Source: Actinomycetota bacterium
GTDB lineage: Bacteria; Actinomycetota; Acidimicrobiia; Acidimicrobiales; Ilumatobacteraceae
DNA length: 64,000 nucleotides
Assembly (NCBI GenBank): GCA_005788815.1
Contig: SYAZ01000015.1
Location: 629-64,628 of the forward strand
Direction: 5' to 3'
Shown here: piece by piece, positions 28,426 to 37,585 of the stretch
How positions within the stretch are numbered: the stretch's first letter is position 1
Layout of the letters: each line of letters begins with the position of its first letter
Translations under genes and position numbers: made by a program
The notes under the pieces: model-generated
The model's database searches: none
Told to the model about the DNA's origin: nothing
What the model saw: only the letters and a program-made list of their open reading frames with translations

Positions 28426-29283
28426 TTAACCTTGAGTGCACTTGTTTGTAGTGGTGCCAATACCTTCAATGGTTGACACCAATACGTCGCCTGGCTTGAG
28501 AAAGACCGCAGGTTTACGTGACACACCAACTCCACCAGGAGTTCCTGTGAAGATCACATCACCTGGTAGCAGTTCAACAATTCCTGATAAGTATTCAATG
28601 ATGTCGCCAACATTGAAAACAAGATCGTCAGTGAGAGTATTTTGTACTTCCTCACCGTTCAGCGTGCATGTCATACGAAGTGCATCACGGTCTGCGACTT
28701 CTGCAGCGTCAACAAGCCATGGCCCGAAGGGTCCGTAATTCTTTTTACTCTTGCCAAGATCAAAGTGGGGAGGTTGTGCAGCGAATTGCAACGCACGATC
28801 TGAGATGTCCTGACCAACGCTGATTCCAGCGATGTGTTTCCATGCATCTGCTTTTTTGATGTTGCGACCACCGCTGCTCATTACAACAACAAGTTCGACT
28901 TCCCAGTCCACCATCGGTGCATCGATAGGAATATCGGCGTTCGGTGCTGCAATACATGATGTGAATTTTGTGAAGGTAAGCGGCACGGCAGGAAGGCCCA
29001 TTCCACTTTCTTCTGCGTGAGATCTGTAATTCAAACCGATGGCGAACACCTGCAGTGGCCAGGGTGATGGCGCATCAAGTTCATTGAGGTTCGCTGGAGT
29101 TCCACCATCAGTGATGGTCGCGGCGAATTCGCGGAGCTCGCTCCAACGTGGGAATGCTTTGATGGGGTCTGAATCAAAACGACCACCACTCACTTCAGCA
29201 AGGTCGACGAGGTTGTTGTTGGGGCCGACTACTAGTTGTGCTCGGCCGTTCTTGGAAGCGAATCGCAATGTCATATGTGCCAC
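28426..29283 (-). CDS. fumarylacetoacetate hydrolase (FAH) family protein
   Basis: 285 aa with VFAIGLNYRSHAEE, EVELVVVM, PGDVIFTGTPGGVG. Confidence 0.85.
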   Translation of the reverse strand: MAHMTLRFASKNGRAQLVVGPNNNLVDLAEVSGGRFDSDPIKAFPRWSELREFAATITDGGTPANLNELDAPSPWPLQVFAIGLNYRSHAEESGMGLPAVPLTFTKFTSCIAAPNADIPIDAPMVDWEVELVVVMSSGGRNIKKADAWKHIAGISVGQDISDRALQFAAQPPHFDLGKSKKNYGPFGPWLVDAAEVADRDALRMTCTLNGEEVQNTLTDDLVFNVGDIIEYLSGIVELLPGDVIFTGTPGGVGVSRKPAVFLKPGDVLVSTIEGIGTTTNKCTQG

Positions 29284-29324
29284 TATAGTCAGAGTTAGTC
29301 ACTTGACTAAATAAGGAGATTCCC

Positions 29325-29849
29325 ATGGCCTCGCCCGTCAAATTTGCCCATGTCGTTTTGAAGAGCCCTCGATATGCAGAAATGCTGGAGTGGTGGCTTG
29401 ATTTCTTAGAAGGGTCAGTCCGGTATGGAAACGATTTCATCTCCTTCCTTTCATATGACGATGAGCACCACCGCATTGCCATCGTGAATATGCCCCATCT
29501 GGAAGCACGATCCTCTGAATCTGAAGGTCTCGAACATTTCGCGTTCACCTATGCATCGCTAGACGATCTCTTTGACCAGTATGAGCGGATGAAAGCAAAA
29601 GGAATATCTCCGTATTGGACCATCAATCATGGCATGACTTTGTCGGCTTATTACCGTGATCCAGACGGTAATCAAGTGGAGACACAAGTCGATGCAATGA
29701 CGATGAGCGAAGCAGATGCTTTTATGTCTGGCCCACTGTTTGCGGCGAACCCAATAGGAATTGATGTGAATTTCGAGGATCTCGTCTTGCGGTATAGAGC
29801 AGGAGAGAGTGCGGCGGCAATTACTGACTACGCGACTGCGGGCAAATGA
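29325..29849 (+). CDS. VOC-family protein, extradiol dioxygenase (biphenyl-2,3-diol dioxygenase III)-like
   Basis: 174 aa with KFAHVVLKS, DDEHHRIAIV, LEHFAFTY, YYRDPDGNQVE. Confidence 0.7.
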   Translation: MASPVKFAHVVLKSPRYAEMLEWWLDFLEGSVRYGNDFISFLSYDDEHHRIAIVNMPHLEARSSESEGLEHFAFTYASLDDLFDQYERMKAKGISPYWTINHGMTLSAYYRDPDGNQVETQVDAMTMSEADAFMSGPLFAANPIGIDVNFEDLVLRYRAGESAAAITDYATAGK

Positions 29850-30442
29850 GCATCGCAGAAGTAGCTACTTCTGTACGTTCGCGAACAGAAGCTGAAGAGA
29901 AATTGATTGCAGCAGCTGCGGATATGTTGGGTGAAGTTGGCCCACGCGCGATGACAGTACGCAGAGTCGCAGAACGAGCTGGAGTAAATCACGGACTTGT
30001 CCACCATTATTTTGGTGGGAAAGATGGGCTTGCCGAAGCTGCAATGTTGCATCTAGTTCAACAGCACGCCAATGGTGTTCGCGCACAATCTCAAGGGAAT
30101 CCCATCCCGGCTCCATTAGCACTAAACAATGAACCGCGGTATTTACGTGCGGTAGTGCGCTCTGTGCTCGACGATGAGATGAAATTAGCAACTATGGAAT
30201 TGACTGCTGGGGTTTCAGTTCCGCGCGGTGCATTGCTACACGTCACTCAAATGAAACATCTTGACGAGCCAGACGTTGAAACAAAAGCATTGGCTGCAAT
30301 GGGCATGGCGTTAGAAATGGGATGGGCAGCTTTGGAACCATTTATTTTTTCAGTTGCTGACATTGGCATAGACCAACAAGAGTTGGTGCGAGAGATTGTT
30401 CGCGAAATGAGAAATTCATGGATTAAGGATTTCATGTCCTAA
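29846..30442 (+). CDS. TetR family transcriptional regulator
   Basis: N-terminal HTH: MTVRRVAERAGVNHGLVHHYFGGKDGL. ATGA overlap with the upstream gene. Confidence 0.8.
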   Translation: MSIAEVATSVRSRTEAEEKLIAAAADMLGEVGPRAMTVRRVAERAGVNHGLVHHYFGGKDGLAEAAMLHLVQQHANGVRAQSQGNPIPAPLALNNEPRYLRAVVRSVLDDEMKLATMELTAGVSVPRGALLHVTQMKHLDEPDVETKALAAMGMALEMGWAALEPFIFSVADIGIDQQELVREIVREMRNSWIKDFMS

Positions 30443-31851
30443 TGAAAGTCGATGTCACGATTCTTGGCGGTGGACCAGTCGGAAGTTTTCTTGCCACGAT
30501 TCTGAATGACATGGGAGTTTCGAATGTGGTGATAGATCGCGATCTTGTTCCATATCAATTGCCACGAGCAATTGTGATGGATGATGAGATACTTCGTGCT
30601 TGCTATGACCACGGAATGGGTGAGTGGCTACGAAAGAACACCGAACCATTACAACGGGGAGATTTTGTTGGTCCCGACGATGAAGTCGTGATTGGCGCCG
30701 ATATTCCACTAGCAGGCCTTCAAGGTGTGCCACCAGTTGTTGTCCATTATCAACCTGAACTTGATGCCATGCTACGAACCGAGGCTGAACGACGCGGGTC
30801 CAGTGTGATGTGGGGACACACCGTGACAACCATGAAAGATTTCGGCGACAGAGTTGTGACAACTCTCGACAATGGAGACACGATTGAGTCGCGCTGGTTT
30901 GTTGGTTGTGATGGTGCTTCAAGTTGGACGCGAAAATACGTGGGTTTGCAACTAGAAGATTTGCGCTTCGACCAAGAATGGCTCGTGGTAGACGCTGAAC
31001 TTCACGAAGGTGCGCAAGTCGATTTACCTGTTGGTGTTCGCCAGTACTGCCATAACAATCGACCATTTACGTTCGTGCAAGGCGTACGTCGGTTTCGCCG
31101 ATGGGAATTCCAAGTACAAGAAGGTGAAGATGCAACCCTTCTGAATACTGAAGCTGGTTTATGGAAGCTTTTAGACGGAATGATTTCTCCTACCACTGCT
31201 CGCATTGTGCGAAGTGCGGTGTATCGATTCCACGCAGTGGTGGCACCGGTGATGCAACGAGAAAACGTGTTTCTTGCCGGTGACTCGGCGCACCAAACCC
31301 CACCGTTTGCTGGGCAAGGTTTGAACTCAGGAATGCGCGATGCCGTCAACCTTGCGTGGAAGTTTTCGTTCATTGCTCGCGGAGTTTCTACTGAAAAGAT
31401 TCTTGCCACATATTCAACAGAGCGTGTGCCTCATGTTCGCAGCACCATTGCGCATGCAGTTGATATGGGTCGTCTCATCGACCAGTTGGGTGGGCGAGTG
31501 AGCCATGGTGTCGATATTGAAAGTGGCTACGGCGGAACAAGACCCAGTCCATACATAGAAGAGGGCATTGTCTTGGGTGATGATCCGCGAGTCGGCCATC
31601 AATTTTGGTTTCACCCTGAAGTGTCGCGTGCGGTTCGACAAGATGGCGGGTCGTTTGCCCTTGTTACTGCTGAACCAATGGATATCCCATCAACAGCTTC
31701 TGGATTTCCAATTGTCAATGTCGTTGCGCCGGAGACTTTGGGTGAATCTTTTGCAATTGTTGTGCGCCCGGATAGGTATGTTGCAGCCGTTGCTAACACT
31801 GTTGATGACGTTGAAGCAATCCTGGCTACTCTTTTGAGTTATGTCCGATGA
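30442..31851 (+). CDS. FAD-dependent aromatic-ring monooxygenase (MhpA/PheA-TfdB-like)
   Basis: ILGGGPVGSFLA (GxGxxG), FVGCDGASSWTR, LAGDSAHQTPPFAGQGLNSGMRDAVNLAWK. TAATG overlap with the TetR gene. Confidence 0.85.
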   Translation: MKVDVTILGGGPVGSFLATILNDMGVSNVVIDRDLVPYQLPRAIVMDDEILRACYDHGMGEWLRKNTEPLQRGDFVGPDDEVVIGADIPLAGLQGVPPVVVHYQPELDAMLRTEAERRGSSVMWGHTVTTMKDFGDRVVTTLDNGDTIESRWFVGCDGASSWTRKYVGLQLEDLRFDQEWLVVDAELHEGAQVDLPVGVRQYCHNNRPFTFVQGVRRFRRWEFQVQEGEDATLLNTEAGLWKLLDGMISPTTARIVRSAVYRFHAVVAPVMQRENVFLAGDSAHQTPPFAGQGLNSGMRDAVNLAWKFSFIARGVSTEKILATYSTERVPHVRSTIAHAVDMGRLIDQLGGRVSHGVDIESGYGGTRPSPYIEEGIVLGDDPRVGHQFWFHPEVSRAVRQDGGSFALVTAEPMDIPSTASGFPIVNVVAPETLGESFAIVVRPDRYVAAVANTVDDVEAILATLLSYVR

Positions 31852-32005
31852 CAAGGTGCCGCAGTTTCAGGTTCGTCCTGAACTAAACGAAAAACATGAC
31901 TGCATGTCGTGTGGTTCACCCTTCGCAACTGCGTGGAGCACTACAGATGGCAAAGCATGGTTGTGTAGAGAGTGTGCAAACTTGCACGGTCTTGGTTGCC
32001 CTTAG
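31841..32005 (+). CDS. small zinc-ribbon protein (54 aa), tentative
   Basis: My own translation gives MSDDKVPQFQVRPELNEKHDCMSCGSPFATAWSTTDGKAWLCRECANLHGLGCP, with CxxC ... CxxC. It starts 11 nt inside the monooxygenase 3' end and is below the ORF-track size cutoff. Confidence 0.4.
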   Translation: MSDDKVPQFQVRPELNEKHDCMSCGSPFATAWSTTDGKAWLCRECANLHGLGCP

Positions 32006-32466
32006 GCAAGAACCTTTTTCAAACCCCGAGTAGCAACGTTACCCACCTTGTCAAAGATGCGACCAAGCAAGATATTCATTGGCCACACAATCAGGTTTGC
32101 TGTAAGCACAGCGTCGTAGGTGACATCACAGCCTGTCGCTGTTGGCGTAACAGTGACCCGATCAATTGATGTAAACATCCAGTTCTTACCCATCACCAAA
32201 ACATTGGTGGGGGAATCAAATTCAGTTGTCTCGTAACGCAGCACAGAGTTTTGTCCGCCAATTCCTTTCACCGTTACATCAAAAACTGTGCCAAGACCGG
32301 CTCCGTCACCTGTAATTTGTTCCACGCGAATGACACCTTTATCCCACTCTGCAAAGTTGCGGAGGTCAGCCATATATGCAAATGCCTCAGCTGGGGTTTT
32401 TGATGAAGGAATAGTTGTTACGTAACGAGCCATATAGTCATCTAACCACCGTGACAAGGATTCCAT
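32002..32466 (-). CDS. SRPBCC (polyketide cyclase/START-like) family protein
   Basis: ARYVTTIPSSKTPAEAFAYMADLRNFAEWD is a typical SRPBCC N-terminus. Start is at 32466 or 32433. Confidence 0.65.
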   Translation of the reverse strand: MESLSRWLDDYMARYVTTIPSSKTPAEAFAYMADLRNFAEWDKGVIRVEQITGDGAGLGTVFDVTVKGIGGQNSVLRYETTEFDSPTNVLVMGKNWMFTSIDRVTVTPTATGCDVTYDAVLTANLIVWPMNILLGRIFDKVGNVATRGLKKVLA

Positions 32467-32501
32467 TCCGACTTCTAGGAATTGTTCATAAGGTATGAGG
32501 T

Positions 32502-33209
32502 ATGAAGGATTTCTGTCCCGCACCGGTGGAACGACCAATTATGAGACAGCAATGGCAAGAGCTTGCCTATGTCCACTGGCGTTATGACCCAGCAGTGGTG
32601 CAGGCGTTACTCCCCGCTGGTCTCGAAGTGGATACTTTCGATGGAGATGCATGGGTTGGCTTAATTCCATTCTCTATGCGCAATATCTCTTTTCCGGGAA
32701 CTCCAGCTATTCCGTACTTCGGGTCATTCCCTGAAGTGAATGTGCGTACTTATGTAAAGAAAGATGGGATACCAGGAGTATGGTTTTTCTCTCTTGACGT
32801 GAATCGTTTTATTCCTGCATTAGTTGCACGCGCATCGTATTTCTTACCGTATTGCTGGGGAAGTGCTTCACATGTAGTGAATTCAGAATCTCTGGAGACA
32901 ACTGTGAAACGCAGATGGCCAGGAAGAGCATCAACTCACATCAAAATTTCAATTGGAGAACGTATTGAAGCGCCCGATGAGTTATCAGTGTTTCTGTCTG
33001 CGCGGTGGGGTTTGTATTCGAAAGGATTTGGTTCCAAGATTCGTTATGCACCTGTTGATCACGAAACATGGATTCTGCATTCAGCGACACTTGAGTACCT
33101 CAATGACACTCTGGTGACGGCTTCTGGTTTACCTGCGCCAACTGGTCTGGCGCATGTGTTGTATTCACCCGGCGTGTCAGTGCGAATCGGGCTACCGCAT
33201 TCGGCTTAG
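32502..33209 (+). CDS. DUF2071 (YqjF-like) domain protein
   Basis: MRQQWQELAYVHWRYDP ... GDAWVGLIPFSM ... FPEVNVRTYV matches the DUF2071 pattern. Confidence 0.7.
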   Translation: MKDFCPAPVERPIMRQQWQELAYVHWRYDPAVVQALLPAGLEVDTFDGDAWVGLIPFSMRNISFPGTPAIPYFGSFPEVNVRTYVKKDGIPGVWFFSLDVNRFIPALVARASYFLPYCWGSASHVVNSESLETTVKRRWPGRASTHIKISIGERIEAPDELSVFLSARWGLYSKGFGSKIRYAPVDHETWILHSATLEYLNDTLVTASGLPAPTGLAHVLYSPGVSVRIGLPHSA

Positions 33210-34075
33210 CGACGCCGTGGGCGAGCGGCGGGCATCCAATTGTCGCCTGCACTTTCGTTGATGTGTTGCACGTAGCGCTCACCAACAGGCTCAAGTATCG
33301 ACAACAACTTCAATGTGTTCGCTTCACCGAAATGTCGCCACGCAATTTCGCACAAGACATCAGTACGGCGTTCCAGGTCTGCGCGGTATGCAACACCTTC
33401 ATCGTTGACAACACCATCAGTTACGAATCCTCGTGCTGACAAGTTCTCGAGTGCAGCAGTAATTTCTGCGTCGTCGGCTCCACGACTGCGAGGAATCCAT
33501 TCCTTAGGATAACCCATCCATGCATCGTGCAAGAGCCCAGCTTCTACAACACCAATGTTGTCGTTCAACAGGATTCCGAAGTGCGTATCTCCTCGCCACT
33601 CACGAATGCAGTTCAACGCATTCCAGGCAGACATCAATGGGTCTGTAGGTCGTGGCCATGATTTATGGGCGGCAAAAAGAACGCGCCCACTCGCAGGAAT
33701 GGCATCAACTGTCTTCCAAAGATCTTCAGCGAGCAGACCAAAAGGTTCAATCATCTGCGGCGTCATCTCTTCGAGACCAGCACGAACAGCTGCATCGCGA
33801 GCAACCGTGACATCGTGCCAATTATTGATATGTGGCGATGCGTGGTTGAGACAAAATTGAATGAACTCACGTTTGATTGTGTAGAACGCAGCGAACACTG
33901 CTTCTGGTCCGGCAATAGCAAGTGGCGCACTGCGGTTGATGATGTAGTGGCCTAAGCCATCGGGAACACCAAGCGCCGCCAAGTTTTCCTTGGCGCGTGG
34001 ATCCCAAAAAATCCAACCCAGAAATTGATGCGATGCAAATGATGCGCGTCGAGTGAGGTCTTGCCAATCAGTCAT
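33206..34075 (-). CDS. hypothetical protein, possibly SCO6745-like family
   Basis: 289 aa. The N-terminus, HQFLGWIFWDPRAKENLAALGVPDGLGHYIINRSAPLAIAGPEAVFAAFYTI, resembles my recollection of that actinobacterial family. Family assignment is weak. Confidence 0.45.
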   Translation of the reverse strand: MTDWQDLTRRASFASHQFLGWIFWDPRAKENLAALGVPDGLGHYIINRSAPLAIAGPEAVFAAFYTIKREFIQFCLNHASPHINNWHDVTVARDAAVRAGLEEMTPQMIEPFGLLAEDLWKTVDAIPASGRVLFAAHKSWPRPTDPLMSAWNALNCIREWRGDTHFGILLNDNIGVVEAGLLHDAWMGYPKEWIPRSRGADDAEITAALENLSARGFVTDGVVNDEGVAYRADLERRTDVLCEIAWRHFGEANTLKLLSILEPVGERYVQHINESAGDNWMPAARPRRR

Positions 34076-34107
34076 CTCTTCACCGTAGCGGTGGAGAGGT
34101 TGCGCAC

Positions 34108-34950
34108 CTATGAGTGCAGAGTGTTCGATTCCCCTACGAGGGAAGTCAATGCATTGTTTACTGCTGCAGAACCTTGTGACGGCACATCATTGAAGCGACC
34201 GATATATGTAATGGCCACTTCACCGTTCTCAACTGCGCCACCGTCGGTTTCGCCAGGCATTTGGATGGTGTCGCCATACGTCATGCGAACATAGAACGCA
34301 CCGTCGTGACCTTCTTTTGGCTCAAGTTCTGCACCTGCCATTGCACGAGTCACTACATGACCAATGTCCGTGCGGCGCCAACCTTTTATATCGCTCACTG
34401 CGCAGTTCGGAATGTTCACGTTGATAACTACTGCTTCTTTTGGACGATCAGCAATCCAGCCTTCAACAACACTTTGTGCAACGGTTGCTGCTGAATCCCA
34501 CATTTGCCCCTTGAGTGCGTCATCCCAACCCTGGCCTTCAACTCCGAATCCGGTGACTGCTTGGCTAATTGCAATTCCGCTAATTCCACCGTTACGTGCA
34601 GTTATGGCCGCACCAACTGTCCCCGAGTGGTACACAGCGCGACCAACATTTGCACCAGGATTAATTCCCGACACCACAAGATCGAATTGCGGACCGTACA
34701 CGCCGAGTCGGGCGAAGAATACGCATAACGCCGGTGGACCAGTAACTGCCCACGCAGTGTCGATACCTTCAATATGACGACGTTGCACTTCAGGTTGGAT
34801 GATGTGCAAAGCGCCAATGGCTGCTCCAGCACCTGAATATTCCTGGTCGGGTGCTGCAATGACAACCTCGCCATAGGGGCGCATGGCGCGAGCCAAGACA
34901 TGGAGCCCGATTGAATCAATACCGTCGTCGTTTGTTACAAGAATGCGCAT
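34108..34950 (-). CDS. surE: 5'/3'-nucleotidase SurE
   Basis: MRILVTNDDGIDSIGL start and SGINPGAN motif. Confidence 0.9.
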   Translation of the reverse strand: MRILVTNDDGIDSIGLHVLARAMRPYGEVVIAAPDQEYSGAGAAIGALHIIQPEVQRRHIEGIDTAWAVTGPPALCVFFARLGVYGPQFDLVVSGINPGANVGRAVYHSGTVGAAITARNGGISGIAISQAVTGFGVEGQGWDDALKGQMWDSAATVAQSVVEGWIADRPKEAVVINVNIPNCAVSDIKGWRRTDIGHVVTRAMAGAELEPKEGHDGAFYVRMTYGDTIQMPGETDGGAVENGEVAITYIGRFNDVPSQGSAAVNNALTSLVGESNTLHS

Positions 34951-34967
34951 AGTTGCCTTTGTGGTGT

Positions 34968-35525
34968 TTATATGTTGTTGAAGTGTTTATGAAGTAATCG
35001 ACGAAATTCATCTGACGGGTTCAAGTCTTTGTCGATGTCTTTCCCAAGATCATCCCATCGACGCAATGACACTGCATTGTCAGCGTGGGGCATGGCCACA
35101 AAACGTGTTGCTTCTTCACCTGACATTGGGCCGCCTTGAAGAGCAAGAGTGGCGACAGAAGCTTCACTTAAGCCATCAACGTAAGTGGGTTCAACTGAGC
35201 AGAGGTAGCGCTTAGCGGCGACATGCAGCGCAATGGGGGCTGCGACTGCTGGAGGAAAGAGGGGAGAAATTGATCTAGCACCGGTTGCTTCATGTTCAGT
35301 ATCGACATTGTGTTCTTCAACTCCGGCGGAAATTTCAAGATCAATGAGATGTCCAATGTCGTGCAGGAGCGCTGCTAAAACAAGTTCACTCGGTGCACCA
35401 GATTCTTCCGCAAGAACTGCACACTGCACAGCATGAGCAGTTTGAGAAAGATTCTCGCTATAGAACTGCGCCCCCCATTTGTCGAAGAGAGTTTCAATTT
35501 CGGCCAAATCAGAAAACCTATTCAT
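34968..35525 (-). CDS. HD-domain mixed-valent di-iron oxygenase, PhnZ/TmpB-like
   Basis: 185 aa with TAHAVQCA, LAALLHDIGH, LHVAAKRYL, LSEASVATLALQGGPMSGEEA, RRWDDLGK. This is the pattern I recall for PhnZ (TIGR03276-type HD proteins). ATGA overlap with the upstream PhyH gene. Confidence 0.65.
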   Translation of the reverse strand: MNRFSDLAEIETLFDKWGAQFYSENLSQTAHAVQCAVLAEESGAPSELVLAALLHDIGHLIDLEISAGVEEHNVDTEHEATGARSISPLFPPAVAAPIALHVAAKRYLCSVEPTYVDGLSEASVATLALQGGPMSGEEATRFVAMPHADNAVSLRRWDDLGKDIDKDLNPSDEFRRLLHKHFNNI

Positions 35526-36277
35526 ATAGGTAGCCCTTCGAAGTCGTCAATCAACGAAATACGAACGTTGCTGGCGGTATGAGCGGTGTCACGAAAAATT
35601 CTCAGTTTTTCTTCGTAATACGCGTCGCGGAGATTTCCTTGACTTGCCGCATTAAAAGTTGGGTAGATCGCACGGCGGTCACGTTGAGATGTATTAGACC
35701 CGCTTCGATGAGGGGTGTGGGAGTGAAAGAACAAAACATCGCCTGGCTCCATCTCAACGTGGTGCCATTCATGATCTTGCACCCATTCATCGATGATGCA
35801 GCCGCGATCGTTCATAGGAAGAAGAGCATGGTGCTGTCCATCAACCACCGACAGGCATCCGTTCTCAGTGGTGCTTGGATCTACTGCAATCATGCATGAG
35901 ATAGACGTCTCAACGAACGGGTAGGCCGGAGCATCTTGGTGAGGAGAAAAGCCAGCACCACCAACCAACTTGTAGTTGATCTTCTCTTTATATAGGGACG
36001 CTTGCTCCCCCATGAGAGACGACACGATGTCAAGGATTACCCCAGTTGCAATTGCATCGCGGAGCGAGGAGTGGAAAGGAACGAAATTTTCGGTACGACA
36101 CAGCTTTGGGCCATGGTCTGTCATCTCGCGATAATGCAACCAGTCTCCTGAATCGTCCCAGTTCTGGACTTCGGTGACCCACTGTTGCAGATCTTGTATC
36201 TCACGGCCAGCAAATGGGCGACACAAGAGCCAACCATTGTGTTGATATGAATCAAATTGAGAAGGTGTGACGGGCAC
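35522..36277 (-). CDS. phytanoyl-CoA dioxygenase (PhyH) family Fe(II)/2-oxoglutarate oxygenase, PhnY/TmpA-like
   Basis: 251 aa with FSPHQDAPAY (HxD) and FFHSHTPHRSGSN (distal His, Arg). Confidence 0.65.
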   Translation of the reverse strand: MPVTPSQFDSYQHNGWLLCRPFAGREIQDLQQWVTEVQNWDDSGDWLHYREMTDHGPKLCRTENFVPFHSSLRDAIATGVILDIVSSLMGEQASLYKEKINYKLVGGAGFSPHQDAPAYPFVETSISCMIAVDPSTTENGCLSVVDGQHHALLPMNDRGCIIDEWVQDHEWHHVEMEPGDVLFFHSHTPHRSGSNTSQRDRRAIYPTFNAASQGNLRDAYYEEKLRIFRDTAHTASNVRISLIDDFEGLPI

Positions 36278-36392
36278 GGGTTCATCGTATTGACACTTAT
36301 GCCTATGGGGAAAGCCAAAGCTGGATTGTTCACCTCTTCTTCACCCTCTACCTCGGTGGTACCGTAATTTCCAGTGTGAAAGGGGAAACCAC

Positions 36393-37580
36393 ATGACTTA
36401 CGCAGGCGAGCGGGTGCTGTATGACGCAGACACCCACATTATGGAGTTACCTGATTTCTTGAAGAAATTTGCAGACCCAGAGATTCGTGACCAATTGCCT
36501 TTGGTGGATTACGGACGATCATTGGTGACTGACGAAGAAGTCGCCGTCATCATGGAGAATGGTTCACAACATTCGGAGGATCACAAGCAGACACTCATTG
36601 CACTAGGTGATCGCATGATCACCGAAGTAAAAGAGATTCAAGCACTTGGTGCTTTCGAAAAATATGACCGAGTAATTGCCAATGACATGCTGGGCTTTAA
36701 GAAACAACTTGTGTTTGCAACACATAGCTTGCACATGCCATTTTCGCCGAGCAGCAAGATTTCAGATGCGCTTCGTTATGGCGGCGCCCGTGCCCACAAC
36801 CGCCACATGGCAGATTTTTGTTCCATCGATGATCGGCTCATGGGTGTTGCCGCGATTCCACTTGAGAATCCTGAACTCGCATTGAAAGAAGTGATGTGGA
36901 GTCTCGACAATGGTCTTGACGCAATGTGGGTTCCACATCGTTTAGCTGGCGAACGTTCTCCAACTCATGTTGATTTCAATCCCATCTGGTCGGTGTTGCA
37001 GGAAGCTCAAGTGCCAGTTGTTTTCCATGTTGGTGGCAATCCGTTGCAATTGTCTCCCGGTTGGAGCAACACAGGTCGCGGTGTAACCAAAGATTGGATG
37101 GGTGGCGGAGAAAACGTACGTGCTCGAGATGCAGCAGTTCTGCAACAGGGCATTGAAACATTCATCTCAATGTTGATTCTTGATGGAGTGCTTGAGGATT
37201 TCCCGAACTTGAAGTTTGCGTCCGTAGAACTTGGTGCCGGTTGGGTTCCTGAGATGCTTGTCCGTCTTGATGACATTCACAAGGCGTACTCACGCGTAGA
37301 TGAACGCCTCAAGGGCTTTACGCGCAAACCTTCTGAACAAATACGAGAGCAATGTGCATTTACACCGTTCGTGTTTGAAAACGTGGGTCGCATGATTGAA
37401 CATTCAAATGACGACCTCTATTTGTTCTCTAGTGACTACCCACATACTGAAGGTGGGCGAGACCCGATTGCTCGTTTTGAATCCTGCATGCAGGGTTTAC
37501 CCGAAGAATCAATTCAAAAATTCAATTCAGAAAACTTCATGCGCGTTCTTCCACGCGCAAAAGTTTCATCACATCAGTAG
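36393..37580 (+). CDS. amidohydrolase-2 (ACMSD-like) family protein
   Basis: YDADTHIME at the N-terminus, HVGG, FSSDYPHTEGG at the C-terminus. SD-like aaagggga upstream. Confidence 0.8.
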   Translation: MTYAGERVLYDADTHIMELPDFLKKFADPEIRDQLPLVDYGRSLVTDEEVAVIMENGSQHSEDHKQTLIALGDRMITEVKEIQALGAFEKYDRVIANDMLGFKKQLVFATHSLHMPFSPSSKISDALRYGGARAHNRHMADFCSIDDRLMGVAAIPLENPELALKEVMWSLDNGLDAMWVPHRLAGERSPTHVDFNPIWSVLQEAQVPVVFHVGGNPLQLSPGWSNTGRGVTKDWMGGGENVRARDAAVLQQGIETFISMLILDGVLEDFPNLKFASVELGAGWVPEMLVRLDDIHKAYSRVDERLKGFTRKPSEQIREQCAFTPFVFENVGRMIEHSNDDLYLFSSDYPHTEGGRDPIARFESCMQGLPEESIQKFNSENFMRVLPRAKVSSHQ

Positions 37581-37585
37581 GAACT

